NCBI GenBank assembly: GCA_963818475.1
Contig: CAWFSF010000006.1
Coordinates: 128,001-192,000, forward strand
DNA from: Nitrospirota bacterium
GTDB taxonomy: Bacteria; Nitrospirota; UBA9217
Direction: 5' to 3'
DNA: 64,000 nucleotides
In this document: in pieces, positions 32,848 through 42,206 of the stretch
Position numbering within the stretch: the stretch's first letter is position 1
Layout: each line of letters starts with the position of its first letter
The notes under the pieces: generated by a model
The model's input: the letters and a program-made list of their open reading frames with translations, nothing else
The model's database searches: none
What the model was told of the DNA's origin: nothing
Program-made: the position numbers and the translations under genes

Positions 32848-33868
32848 AATGATGCACCTCGTGTTGTGTATGACATGGAATGAACAGTTTGATCGTTGTT
32901 CCGATGTTCTTTTTGCTGTCGATCTCCACATGACCGCCATAGTGATTCAGGATCTCATGGGTGATAAAGAGGCCGAATCCTCTCCCGTTCTCTTTTGGTT
33001 CAGCCGGCGGTTCACCCAGAATCTTTTCGGATTCAGCGATGCCCTTGCCGGTATCGGAAATCGCGACCACGACAAAGATCCTTCCCGCACGTTCCTCGGT
33101 ACTGGTGCATATTTTCAGCTGGCCGCCCTGATGCATGGCATCGATGGCATTATTGATGACATTGAGAATGGCCTGCTCCAGATGAAATGAGTTGATGAGA
33201 ACGGGGGGGATATTTCCGTACTCATACAGCGATTGAATGTTCCGCGTGTAGATCTGCAGCGACGTGAATACCTCGATCTTTCTCAGCAGGGAATTGACGT
33301 CCGTTTCCTTGACGTCCGTATCCGAGACGGATGAGTTCAGAAAATTGGTGATGAAATTTTCGAGCCGGGAGATCTCTTCCTCCATGATCCTGGTAAATTC
33401 GACCAGGGGTGCGTCATTGGAACATTTTTCGCTGAGATAGACAACTGCGCCTTTTATGGCATTCAACGGGTTCCTGACGCCGTGGGCCAGTGTCGATGCG
33501 ATCTTGCCGATATTGATGAGCTGCTGCGATTGATTGAGCTTATGGGCAACCGTGCAGGTTGTGGCCGGCAGTAAAGTAACTTTGACCTCTTTGACGTTGC
33601 CATATGCCGAATCCAGCGGGATGATCTCGATGTCTGCACTGATCTGTGCGAACAAACAGGGTATATCGTATTTCTTGAGCGACAGCGCGTTGTTTGTCCG
33701 GACCGCTTCAGCAAGTGCATCTTTGCCTTCAAGAGATATGAGCGGGAGCACTTCATAATATTTGTTTCCGAGCGTCATTTCTGCTGGTTTGCCCGTAAAC
33801 TGTGCGATTTCGTCGCCCCACACGCTGATGCATAGATTGTTATCAGTATGAAAAAATAAGGATTTCAT
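32810..33868 (-). CDS. PAS-like sensor histidine kinase
   Basis: LAHGVRNPL H-box; NAIDAM, DTGKGI, GFGL; start 33868 chosen from RBS. Confidence 0.88.
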   Translation of the reverse strand: MKSLFFHTDNNLCISVWGDEIAQFTGKPAEMTLGNKYYEVLPLISLEGKDALAEAVRTNNALSLKKYDIPCLFAQISADIEIIPLDSAYGNVKEVKVTLLPATTCTVAHKLNQSQQLINIGKIASTLAHGVRNPLNAIKGAVVYLSEKCSNDAPLVEFTRIMEEEISRLENFITNFLNSSVSDTDVKETDVNSLLRKIEVFTSLQIYTRNIQSLYEYGNIPPVLINSFHLEQAILNVINNAIDAMHQGGQLKICTSTEERAGRIFVVVAISDTGKGIAESEKILGEPPAEPKENGRGFGLFITHEILNHYGGHVEIDSKKNIGTTIKLFIPCHTQHEVHHYGSYRRQYNTGR

Positions 33869-34455
33869 CCTTTCCTTCCTATGCACCTGCAAGTTGCCTG
33901 ACTTTGACAATCCTGAGCCGATCAATATTTTTTTCATGATAATCCAAATAATATCGTATATATCCGCAGAAACAATACCCTTATAGGGTGATTTTATGGG
34001 TAAAGCAGCAACAAAAAACAGAAATGCACCGTGTTATTAGCGCAATGGCCTGATTATATCGCTTTTTGCGGTCACTACTACAGAATTTAAGCTGATAATC
34101 ACGGGAGCGGCCTGTTATGCCCATAATTATTCTTTATTATTTCAATTGGTTGACTAAATTATTGCCTCATTTTGGCAACTCTATTTGGGACCCAGAAAAT
34201 GTAAAGCCATAGTTATAATAAGACTTAATGGTTAAGCGTGATGTTTTGGTTTTTTTAAATATAGCACTTTTGTCAAGCGGTATTAAATTGCTGTTCTTTG
34301 CGGAGAATTATTGATGGTGCTCGTATCAGGTAGAGGCAGCGAAGACACAAGGGACATCCTGAACGGTACCGTGTTGATCGGTCTCCGAAGAAACTAAAGG
34401 CTTCTCTTTGTGCCATAGTGTCAAAATTGTGCCGGTTTGTGCTTGTGCAGGCGAG

Positions 34456-34492
34456 AAAAAGGAAAGGCAGGCGTTTTCGCCTGCCTTTTTTT
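34456..34492. terminator. Intrinsic terminator downstream of the Ig-repeat gene
   Basis: aaaggcaggcg-tttt-cgcctgccttt with A and T tracts on both sides. Confidence 0.75.
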
Positions 34493-34541
34493 GAGCTTCA
34501 CTTCTGCGACGTTCCTGCGGGGAAGCAGGTTTTCCGGTCTG

Positions 34542-36791
34542 TTAGAGCGTTTTCGAGCCTTCATTGGAGTACGTGCTTTCCTGTCCCGATGCGTCGATGG
34601 CCGTGATAGCAAAATAGTAGGTGCCTGGCCCGAGGTTCAAGGTATGCGTGACAGAAGTCGTCCCGGGATTGACTACCGTTACCGTTTGCGTATACGATTG
34701 CGACAAGGTTCCATAATGGATCTTATAGGCAGACAGGTCTGTAAGCGGATTGAGCGTCGATCCATCGCTCCTCGTTGTAGGCGCATCCCACGTTAACGTT
34801 GCGGTGCTGCTGCCGGTGACCGTCAATGTCGCAGTTGCAGAAATGTTCCCTGATACCGCCGTGATGGTGGTTGTCCCGGCAGCAACTGCTGTGGCAAGAC
34901 CTATGGAGCCTGATGCATTGCTGATCGATGCAATTCCTGTGCTGGAGGAACTCCAGGTAACCGTGGTTGTCAGGTTTTGAGTCGTGCTGTCGGAGTAGGT
35001 GCCGGTGGCCGTGAATTGCTGGGTCGTGCCAACGGAGATGTTCTGACTGTACGGGGTTATAGCAAGGGACACCAGCGTCGCCTGGGTTACCGTCAGCGTG
35101 GTCGATCCGGAAATGCTTCCCGAGGTCGCCTTGATCGTGGTCGAGCCGGCGGTTAGGGACGTTGCCAGGCCCTGGGAGCCTGCTGCGTTGCTGATCGCTG
35201 CCACGGCTGTACTGGAGGAACTCCAGGTTGCCGAGGCCGTCAGGTTTTGGGTCGTAGTGTCTGAGTAGGTTCCTGTGGCAGTGAACTGCTTGCTGCTTCC
35301 TTTGGTAATGCTCGGGCTGGCCGGGGTGATGGCGATAGATACCAATGTTGCCGGCGTCACGCTCAGCGTGGTCGATCCTGAAATGCTCCCTGCGGTTGCT
35401 GTTATTGTGGTTGAGCCGGCGGTTACGGACGTTGCCAGGCCCTGGGAGCCTGCTGCGTTGCTGATCGTTGCCACTGCCGTACTGGAGGAACTCCAGGTTG
35501 CCGTAGTCGTCAGGTTTTGAGTGGTATTGTCTGAGTAGGTTCCTGTGGCAGTGAACTGCTTAACGCTTCCTTTGGCAATGCTCGGACTGGTCGGGGTGAT
35601 GGCGATAGATACCAATGTCGCTGGCGTCACCGTAAGCGTGGTCGATCCGGAAATGCTCCCCGAGGTTGCAGTGATCGTGGTTGAACCGCTGGTTGCGGAC
35701 GTTGCCAGGCCTTGGGAGCCTGCTGCGTTGCTGATCGTTGCCACTGCCGTACTGGAGGAACTCCAGGTTGCCGTGGTTGTCAGGTTTTGGGTCGTATTGT
35801 CGGAGTAGGTGCCTGTTGCAGTGAACTGTTTAACGCTTCCTTTGGCAACGCTCGGACTGGCCGGGGTGATGGCGATAGATACCAATGTCGTCGGCGTCAC
35901 CGTAAGCGTGGTCGATCCGGAAATGCTCCCCGAGGTTGCAGTGATCGTTGTTGAGCCGGCTGCTGCGGCCGCTGCCAGCCCCTGGAAGCCGGCTGCGTTG
36001 CTGATGGTTGCTGTGTCTGTATTTGAGGAACTCCAGACGACCGAAGCGGTCAGATTCTGCGTTGTATTGTCGGAAAAGATGCCCGTGGCAGTGAACTGCC
36101 GGGTGGTCCCATCGGCAATGCTCGGGTTGGTCGGGGTGAGGGCGACAGATACCAATGTTGCCGGAGTTATCAACAGCGAGGTCGCCCCCGAAATGCTCCC
36201 CGAGGTTGCCCGTATCGTGGTTGAACCGGTTGCTACGGCCGCTGCCAGCCCCTGGGAACCCGCAACGTTGCTGATCGTAGCTGCGGCCGTATTTGAGGAA
36301 CTCCAGGTGACCGACGCGGTCATGTCCTGCGTGGTATTGTCAGAGAAGGTGCCTGTGGCAGTGAACTGCTGGGTTGTCCCTTTGGCAATGGCGGGATTGG
36401 TTGGCGTGAGAGCGATGGATACCAATGTGGCTTCTGAAACGGTGACCGTGGTCTCGCCGGCAATGCCGTCTGATTGCGCCTTGATGGTCGCAATGCCAAT
36501 GCCTCTGCCGTGCACACTCCCGGGTTTGTCAACCGTTGCCGTGGTTTCATCAGAGGAGCTCCAGGTGACGCTTTGTGTCACATCGCCTGTTTTGTTGTTC
36601 GCATAGACGGCGGTTGCCGTTAATTGCTGGCTGGTGTTGTTTGCCAACGATGGACTGGGAGGTGTAAGTGAAATCGAAATGATCTCACCGTTTGAACCTG
36701 CTTCATTCGAATCTGCACTGCTCCCGCAACCTGCCAGAATTGCAGCGAACAGCGATACCATAATAATGAACCCTACTCTGTTTTGTACCAT
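34542..36791 (-). CDS. Surface lipoprotein with seven Big_2 (Lig-like) Ig repeats and a C-terminal FN3 domain
   Basis: RBS gaggag; lipobox LAGC; ~90-aa repeats with 270-bp period (LVSIAITP...FTATGTYSD...WSSS); ATLTWDAPTT FN3. Confidence 0.9.
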   Translation of the reverse strand: MVQNRVGFIIMVSLFAAILAGCGSSADSNEAGSNGEIISISLTPPSPSLANNTSQQLTATAVYANNKTGDVTQSVTWSSSDETTATVDKPGSVHGRGIGIATIKAQSDGIAGETTVTVSEATLVSIALTPTNPAIAKGTTQQFTATGTFSDNTTQDMTASVTWSSSNTAAATISNVAGSQGLAAAVATGSTTIRATSGSISGATSLLITPATLVSVALTPTNPSIADGTTRQFTATGIFSDNTTQNLTASVVWSSSNTDTATISNAAGFQGLAAAAAAGSTTITATSGSISGSTTLTVTPTTLVSIAITPASPSVAKGSVKQFTATGTYSDNTTQNLTTTATWSSSSTAVATISNAAGSQGLATSATSGSTTITATSGSISGSTTLTVTPATLVSIAITPTSPSIAKGSVKQFTATGTYSDNTTQNLTTTATWSSSSTAVATISNAAGSQGLATSVTAGSTTITATAGSISGSTTLSVTPATLVSIAITPASPSITKGSSKQFTATGTYSDTTTQNLTASATWSSSSTAVAAISNAAGSQGLATSLTAGSTTIKATSGSISGSTTLTVTQATLVSLAITPYSQNISVGTTQQFTATGTYSDSTTQNLTTTVTWSSSSTGIASISNASGSIGLATAVAAGTTTITAVSGNISATATLTVTGSSTATLTWDAPTTRSDGSTLNPLTDLSAYKIHYGTLSQSYTQTVTVVNPGTTSVTHTLNLGPGTYYFAITAIDASGQESTYSNEGSKTL

Positions 36792-36838
36792 CGAATAATC
36801 CTCCTCTGCTTTGAGCAATAAACAAATACGAGCGATCA

Positions 36839-36930
36839 TCTCTGGCGGCTCGGCGGACGTTGCTTCCGGCAATTCGTTAGTCCCGTTGCTCTGCGTCCCA
36901 GGGTTTCCCCTGGTTTGCTCTGAGCAGAGA
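36839..36930 (-). ncRNA. GEMM-I (c-di-GMP-I class) riboswitch, A20 variant
   Basis: Minus strand tctctgctcagagcaaaccaggggaaaccctgggacgcagagcaacgggactaac...gccgagccgccagaga: GCAAACC, GAAA loop, GGGACGCA, CTAA receptor, P1 tctctg/cagaga. Confidence 0.85.
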
Positions 36931-37005
36931 AAGATTGAAGCGTGCAATACGTGATGCTGTTGATTTCGGTCAAAGATCGCGTGAAATTCTCATCTCACGT
37001 TGGCC

Positions 37006-37073
37006 ATAGTACACAAGAATCCTAAAGTGGTATGTGATTTTAAATACAAAAGTATTATGTGATCCTGGTTACA
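37006..37073 (-). promoter_or_regulatory. -10 TACTAT (37011-37006) with tandem Crp-type sites at -41.5 (37033-37048) and -66.5 (37058-37073)
   Basis: tgtga-ttttaa-ataca and tgtga-tcctgg-ttaca. Confidence 0.65.
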
Positions 37074-37264
37074 TTTATAGGCCAGTCATGGAATCGGGGA
37101 TTAAAAATCAAATTGTTTGAAACAGAAGCGTATGGGTGATCGTGCCTTTGAACGGGGGGCCTCTGTGGATGGAGAATCTGCAGTGCTAGTTCGTTGTTTT
37201 TTCAGCAGTCATTGCAGTCCGGTGCGGTGTCTGTTATCCTGCACCTTACTGAAGCATGAGCTTT

Positions 37265-37341
37265 ATGACACTTGTGTCATGAATGCCAACTCTTTGATTT
37301 TCCGATATAAATATTATGCTATTTCTGGCACGGGCATTGCT
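37265..37341 (+). promoter_or_regulatory. Sigma54 promoter with IHF site and upstream palindrome
   Basis: TGGCAC-N5-TTGCT (37326-37341); IHF consensus caa-ctct-ttgatt (37287-37299); palindrome atgacac-tt-gtgtcat (37265-37280). Confidence 0.8.
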
Positions 37342-37399
37342 GTTATACTGTTAATACATTGAAAGTGACGTTACTACTATGCTCAAAGGAGGAACTACA

Positions 37400-37798
37400 A
37401 TGAAAAAAGTATACTTGGTGACCATGGCAATGGTCATGGCTATCTCGGTCCTGTTCGGATGTTCAAAAGGGTACGAGTCTCAGAAAAATGTGGGAGATCT
37501 GGGGATTACGCTTAAGGTTGACCGGTACCCGCTGGTAAAAGGAGACAACACGCTTTCCGTGCAGGTAGCCGGGCAGGGCGGTAAATCCGTGACCGATGCA
37601 ACGGTCGATGTGCGCTACTACATGCCCCCCATGCCGGGCATGGCGCCCATGGAATTCAACACGCAGGCCGCACCAAGGGGCAGCGGCTATTCCTTTGCCG
37701 CCAATATCCCCATGGAGGGCGGCTGGAAGGTCGATGTGACCGTGACGCAGCCGGGTAAAACACCGGTAAATGCTACGTTCAACGTTGATGCCCGGTAA
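37400..37798 (+). CDS. FixH/YtkA-like lipoprotein with Met-rich motif
   Basis: Lipobox LFGC; YMPPMPGMAPM; MEGGW. Confidence 0.75.
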   Translation: MKKVYLVTMAMVMAISVLFGCSKGYESQKNVGDLGITLKVDRYPLVKGDNTLSVQVAGQGGKSVTDATVDVRYYMPPMPGMAPMEFNTQAAPRGSGYSFAANIPMEGGWKVDVTVTQPGKTPVNATFNVDAR

Positions 37799-37866
37799 GA
37801 TTTCGCCGGCCGGACAGGCAGGAGGGAATCAGGGCAGATATGCTTCCGAAGAGAAAGGCGGCGTTA

Positions 37867-38082
37867 ATGAAGGTGGCGCATTTTAATGTGGATAAAAACC
37901 TCTGCGGAGAGTGCTCCCTGGCGCTCAGGCGGTTCATTGGCGGCATGGACGGTGTGGAGGCTATTGATGTGGAGAGCGGCAGGATCGCGGTACAGTTCAA
38001 CGAAGCAGAGATAGACGAGGAGGCGCTGTCGAAGATCACGAAGGACAGCATGGAAAAACTCGGCTATAAGATCGAAGACTGA
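37867..38082 (+). CDS. Heavy-metal-associated (HMA)-like small protein
   Basis: LCGEC motif, GV..IDV, KLGY at the end; start 37840 or 37867. Confidence 0.7.
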   Translation: MKVAHFNVDKNLCGECSLALRRFIGGMDGVEAIDVESGRIAVQFNEAEIDEEALSKITKDSMEKLGYKIED

Positions 38083-38392
38083 TCATGCAGGGCTCCTGCC
38101 GGACTCATGGCGTGTTTTGTTCAGTCCGGCAACGGCGCTTTCGCTTTGCGGCCTGAGCGGAACTGACCCTCCCTTTTCACCGAAATTGTACCTGCCTTTC
38201 GTGTCTGCTGCTGATGATGATGGCGTCACGGCTGTCTGTCTGTTCTGTCAAATTCTCCTGAACCCCGCACCTGCGCTCACGATCTGCCCCTTTGCTTGAC
38301 AAAACAGGGAGAGATGGTATGCTGCCAGCATTATTTCGTAAGGATGAATGCGTCTCTGCGATGAGATGACATCAGAAAGGACATACCGCCTG

Positions 38393-39151
38393 ATGGACAG
38401 AGAGGTCCGCACCATTCTGCTCGTGGATTGCAGCACGTCGATGCTGTCCTTTCTTGGTTCGCTCCTGACAAGGATCGAATACCGGATCGTGAAGGCCCGC
38501 TCGGGTGAAGATGCGCTCCGCCTGATGGACGAGTCCCTTCCCTCGGTCGTTCTTGCCGAGGTGGCACTGCCGGCCATGAGCGGCGTCGCACTGCTCAAAC
38601 ATATCAAGGAGCGGCCGGGCTGCGGGGCCTTGCCCGTTATCATGCTCACCACCGGGGACGAACCCGGGATCAAAGATGCCTGCATGCAGCTGGGGTGCGC
38701 TGCCTGCCTTCTCAAGCCCGTGGAGCCTGATCTGCTCTACAGAACCATACAGGCTGCTTCGGAATCCGTACCGCGCGCGAACATACGACTTCAGACCTCG
38801 CTCAAGGTCATTGTTGGGGACGGCTCGGTGTTAGGCGGGGCCGCCAGGACTGAGTATGCAACGGCGCTCTCCGAGGGCGGATTGTTCATCAATACGCGCT
38901 ATCCCCAGCCCCGGAACGCCGTAACACCGCTCAGGATCTTCATCAGCGGCCGTGAGGTGACTGCGAAGGCGCTGGTCTTGTATATCTGCGGCCACGGTGA
39001 GGAGGGGGCCTCTTCTGTGGAGCCTGGCATGGGCATGAAATTCGTCCAGATATCGGATGCCGACCGGGCCGTGCTGCGGTGTTTTATCCGGGAACAGCTG
39101 ACGCTTGATATCGCAGATCGTGATCAGGAAAGGTCGCTTCCGGTTCACTAG
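38393..39151 (+). CDS. Receiver domain + PilZ domain protein
   Basis: REC (ILLVD, LPVIMLT, KP); PilZ RxxxR (RANIR) and LSEGG, GMGMKF; start uncertain. Confidence 0.8.
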   Translation: MDREVRTILLVDCSTSMLSFLGSLLTRIEYRIVKARSGEDALRLMDESLPSVVLAEVALPAMSGVALLKHIKERPGCGALPVIMLTTGDEPGIKDACMQLGCAACLLKPVEPDLLYRTIQAASESVPRANIRLQTSLKVIVGDGSVLGGAARTEYATALSEGGLFINTRYPQPRNAVTPLRIFISGREVTAKALVLYICGHGEEGASSVEPGMGMKFVQISDADRAVLRCFIREQLTLDIADRDQERSLPVH

Positions 39152-39215
39152 CGCTCAGGTGCCGACTATACTGTTTCGACGGATCGCAGCGCGCATTGAG
39201 AGATCCTCATTCATT

Positions 39216-40414
39216 ATGAAAAATCGGGCGAGGAACATAAAGAAGCAGTGGCTGGTGCTTTCCGAAGCACTGTCATCGTTCATGCGGAACAACGACCTGA
39301 CCGCCGCCTCGTCGCTCGCTTTTTCGGCAATGCTGGCGCTCATCCCCACGCTGTTCCTCCTTACCTATCTGCTCAGTCTCGCGATCGGTTCTTCATCGCA
39401 GGCGCTGGCGCGAACGCAGGAGCTGCTGATGCGGCTGCTGCCGGCCTACAGCCAGGACATTGTGGAGGAAGTGCGTTTTCTCGCTTCCCATAAAGGGGCG
39501 GTAGGCCTGGTGAACAGCGTTGTTCTTTTCTGGACCATGACGCCCTTTGTGGCGGACATGCGGTTCGTGCTCGGCACGGTTTTCAGGCAGAAACCGAGCA
39601 GGCCGTTCCTGCTCGAAAAGCTCTTTGATGTCGTGGTCAGCATGGTGTTCCTCGTCGGGCTCACCGCGGTCATGGTCGCCGGTATCGCGTTCCGCTGCTG
39701 GAAAAAGAGAGCCTGCTGCGCGTGCTGCCCGGAAATATGGAGTCAGTGGTCCAGTTCCTGCTGGTCGCCTCTGTTGTTTTCCTCTCCTATTTCATATTTT
39801 CTTCCCGGAAGCAGAAACGGTATCTCCTTGCCGGGGCCGTGGTCGCGTCGCTCATCTGGTTCGCCATGCGGCCGGCCTTTCATCTCTTTCTGACCTTCAA
39901 CCCGGGCTACGGCTTCGCCTTCGGTTCCTTCAAGTCGCTCTTTGTGGTCATCATCTGGATCTATGCTTCTCTCGCGGTCTTTCTGTTCGGCGCCGAGATC
40001 GCCCGGAGCCTCCACCGGCATGAGGCGGTGTTCATGAAAAAGCTGATGCAGGGGAAGCGGAATGTCCCAGCTGCCGTGTATGAAAAATATGTGCGTTCTT
40101 TTCTCAAGGGCAGCGTCATCTTCAGCGAGGGCGACCCCGGCGGCGAGATGTTCTCCGTGCTGCGCGGAACGGTGGCGCTGCATCAGCAGGGGAGGCCGGT
40201 CGCCGAGATTCCTGAAGGGAAATGCTTCGGCGAAATGTCGTTCCTTCTGGCGTCGCCCCGGCTTTCCACGGCCGTTGCGGTCCAGGATGTCGAACTGGTG
40301 CGCATCAACAATGAGAACGTCTCTCAGCTGATGAATGAATATCCTGAGCTTGTGGTGGAGATGCTGCGCGAGATGGCGCTGAGACTGCGGGAGGCGGACA
40401 AGTTGATCGATTAG
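39216..40414 (+). CDS. YihY/BrkB membrane protein fused to a cNMP-binding domain, frameshifted near 39700
   Basis: AASSLAFSAMLALIP, FGSF..L..VIIWIY...LFGAEI; C-terminal EGDPG, FGEMSFL, PRLSTA. Confidence 0.8.
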
Positions 40415-40453
40415 TAACTAAAGAATATAATTCTTCTCAAAATGGCAAGAAAG

Positions 40454-40553
40454 TTTACCACGAAGAACACGAAGCGCGCGAAGTTAAAATCAATATTATT
40501 TTGATTTTGTCTTTTTCAACTTTTTCGTGATCTTCGTGCCCTTCGTGGTGAAA
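40454..40553. repeat. 9-bp periodic inverted repeat (CACGAAG units)
   Basis: accacgaagaacacgaagcgcgcgaag / ttcgtgatcttcgtgcccttcgtggt around an AT-rich loop. Confidence 0.75.
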
Positions 40554-40758
40554 AGGCTTTTTGCTCCGGCTTGTCCGGGTTAGGGGAGGGGGACCGTGCG
40601 TTGGAGGAATTCTGCGGAGGCGGAACAGGACGCGCAGCGCGGTCCGGCAAGCGGGAATAGAGCCGGTTTCTCGCTGCGGGCAGGGGAATCCTCAACAAGC
40701 TGCCCAGGCGGCTTCCATCAGCGCACCGGCGTTGCGGCCGCTGCTGCACATGCGCTCC

Positions 40759-41034
40759 TTAGTGAGCGCTGCCTGTTCCGAGCGTGATGACGGGAGCTGT
40801 TGTTTTGTTCTTCATCTGTTCGAACATGGCCAGCAGTGGTTTGGTGTCCATATCAAGGGCTTTGGCATAGAGCTTTAAATAGCCCTTGTCGAACACGTTC
40901 GGGATGGTTTGAAACTTCCCCTCTTCCATGGCCTTGAGATAGTGGGCGCTGATGCAGGTGCTTCTCGCAATATCGCCGATCTCCAGACCGCGGGCCAATC
41001 TTCCCTCCTTTAATACCAGACCGATCTCACGCAT
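40759..41034 (-). CDS. RodZ-like helix-turn-helix protein (HTH only)
   Basis: IGLVLKEGR...ISAHYLKAMEEG...KGYLKLYAKAL. Confidence 0.8.
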   Translation of the reverse strand: MREIGLVLKEGRLARGLEIGDIARSTCISAHYLKAMEEGKFQTIPNVFDKGYLKLYAKALDMDTKPLLAMFEQMKNKTTAPVITLGTGSAH

Positions 41035-41457
41035 GGTTCTCCCCCCCGGGAACGTTAGTGATCCGTCTCCATGACGGATAATGGAACAAGCTTAACTATG
41101 AAAGACGACAGATAGGAACCCGTCGTGTATGCATGTCCGATAAGGTGCGAAGTAAATCGGTACTGCGTTCCGGGGTAGCGCGAGCTGGGAAAAATGGTCC
41201 TTCCGGTCGATGTCGTGCAATCTTAGTATCACGAAACGTTCGTAAAATCAACATAAAATTCTAATTTTATATTGGTATTTTCATTCAGTTGCTGTAAGCC
41301 ACAATATATGGTGGTTATATTTGCCGAACCACACTATCATGTTCCGTTAGCCTGAAGGTATTGCTGAAGAGTCCTGGATCCCTGCTCTTTCGTGTTGATA
41401 AGCAGGGTGCGATCATGCTATAACCACACAGTTGTTGAATCGAAGAGAGGAATAGGT

Positions 41458-42178
41458 ATGGCCACAATCTTGATCGGATCGGCGCACAAAAACAACAAGA
41501 CTTTATGCGTGGGCATCGGCTCTCGCCGTGATCACGATCTTCTACAATATCGCCGAAGGTCTGGTCTCGGTCTTTTTCGGCATGGAAGATGAGAGCATGT
41601 CGCTTTTCGGGTTCGGTCTCGACTCCTTTGTCGAGGTCGTGTCCGGCGTCGGCATCTGGCACATGATCCGCCGGATCAGGCAGCATGGCGATGAAGATCC
41701 GGACCGATTCGAAAAGACCGCGCTCAGGATCACCGGCAGCGCCTTCTACGTTCTTACCGCCGGGCTGGCGGTCACCTCGATCATTGATCTTTATCGCGGC
41801 CACCGACCGGAAAGCACTTTCTGGGGCATCGTCGTCTCGGTCATCTCCATCCTGTCCATGTGGCTGCTCATTCGCGCCAAGGTTTCGGTAGGCACTAAGC
41901 TGAACTCGCAGGCCATTCTGGCCGATGCGGCCTGCACGCGGGCCTGCCTGCAGCTTTCGGTGGTGCTGCTGGTCGCAAGCCTGGGATACCGGCTCACCAA
42001 CATCGGCGGCCTTGACTCGGTCGGCGCGCTGATCATCGGAGGCCTGTGCTACCGGGAGGGGAAGGAATCGTTCGAGAAGGCGAAAGCGGGAAGTTTTGCC
42101 TGTACCTGCGGAGGAAGTTGTGCTGCCGAAGGCCGGGAGCCGGGGGCCGGGGGAGTTACTAACAGGCTGTTGAAATAG
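41458..42178 (+). CDS. Cation efflux (CDF-like) membrane protein; N-terminal frameshift near 41500
   Basis: YNIAEG, LFGFGLDSFVEV, AILADA; Cys-rich tail CTCGGSC. Confidence 0.75.
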
Positions 42179-42206
42179 CACTTTAAAAAAAATGGAAAAA
42201 ACATTA

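Noticed and set aside
33975-33992. ACCCT-TAT-AGGGT palindrome as a CsoR/RcnR operator
   Set aside because: Short, single copy, imperfect match, and no cognate regulator nearby
34400-34440. Possible sigma54 promoter (TGGCAC on the minus strand)
   Set aside because: The GC is not at the required GG-N10-GC spacing
35040-36430. 270-bp periodic repeats as a CRISPR or non-coding array
   Set aside because: They are in-frame Big_2 domain repeats with no spacer structure
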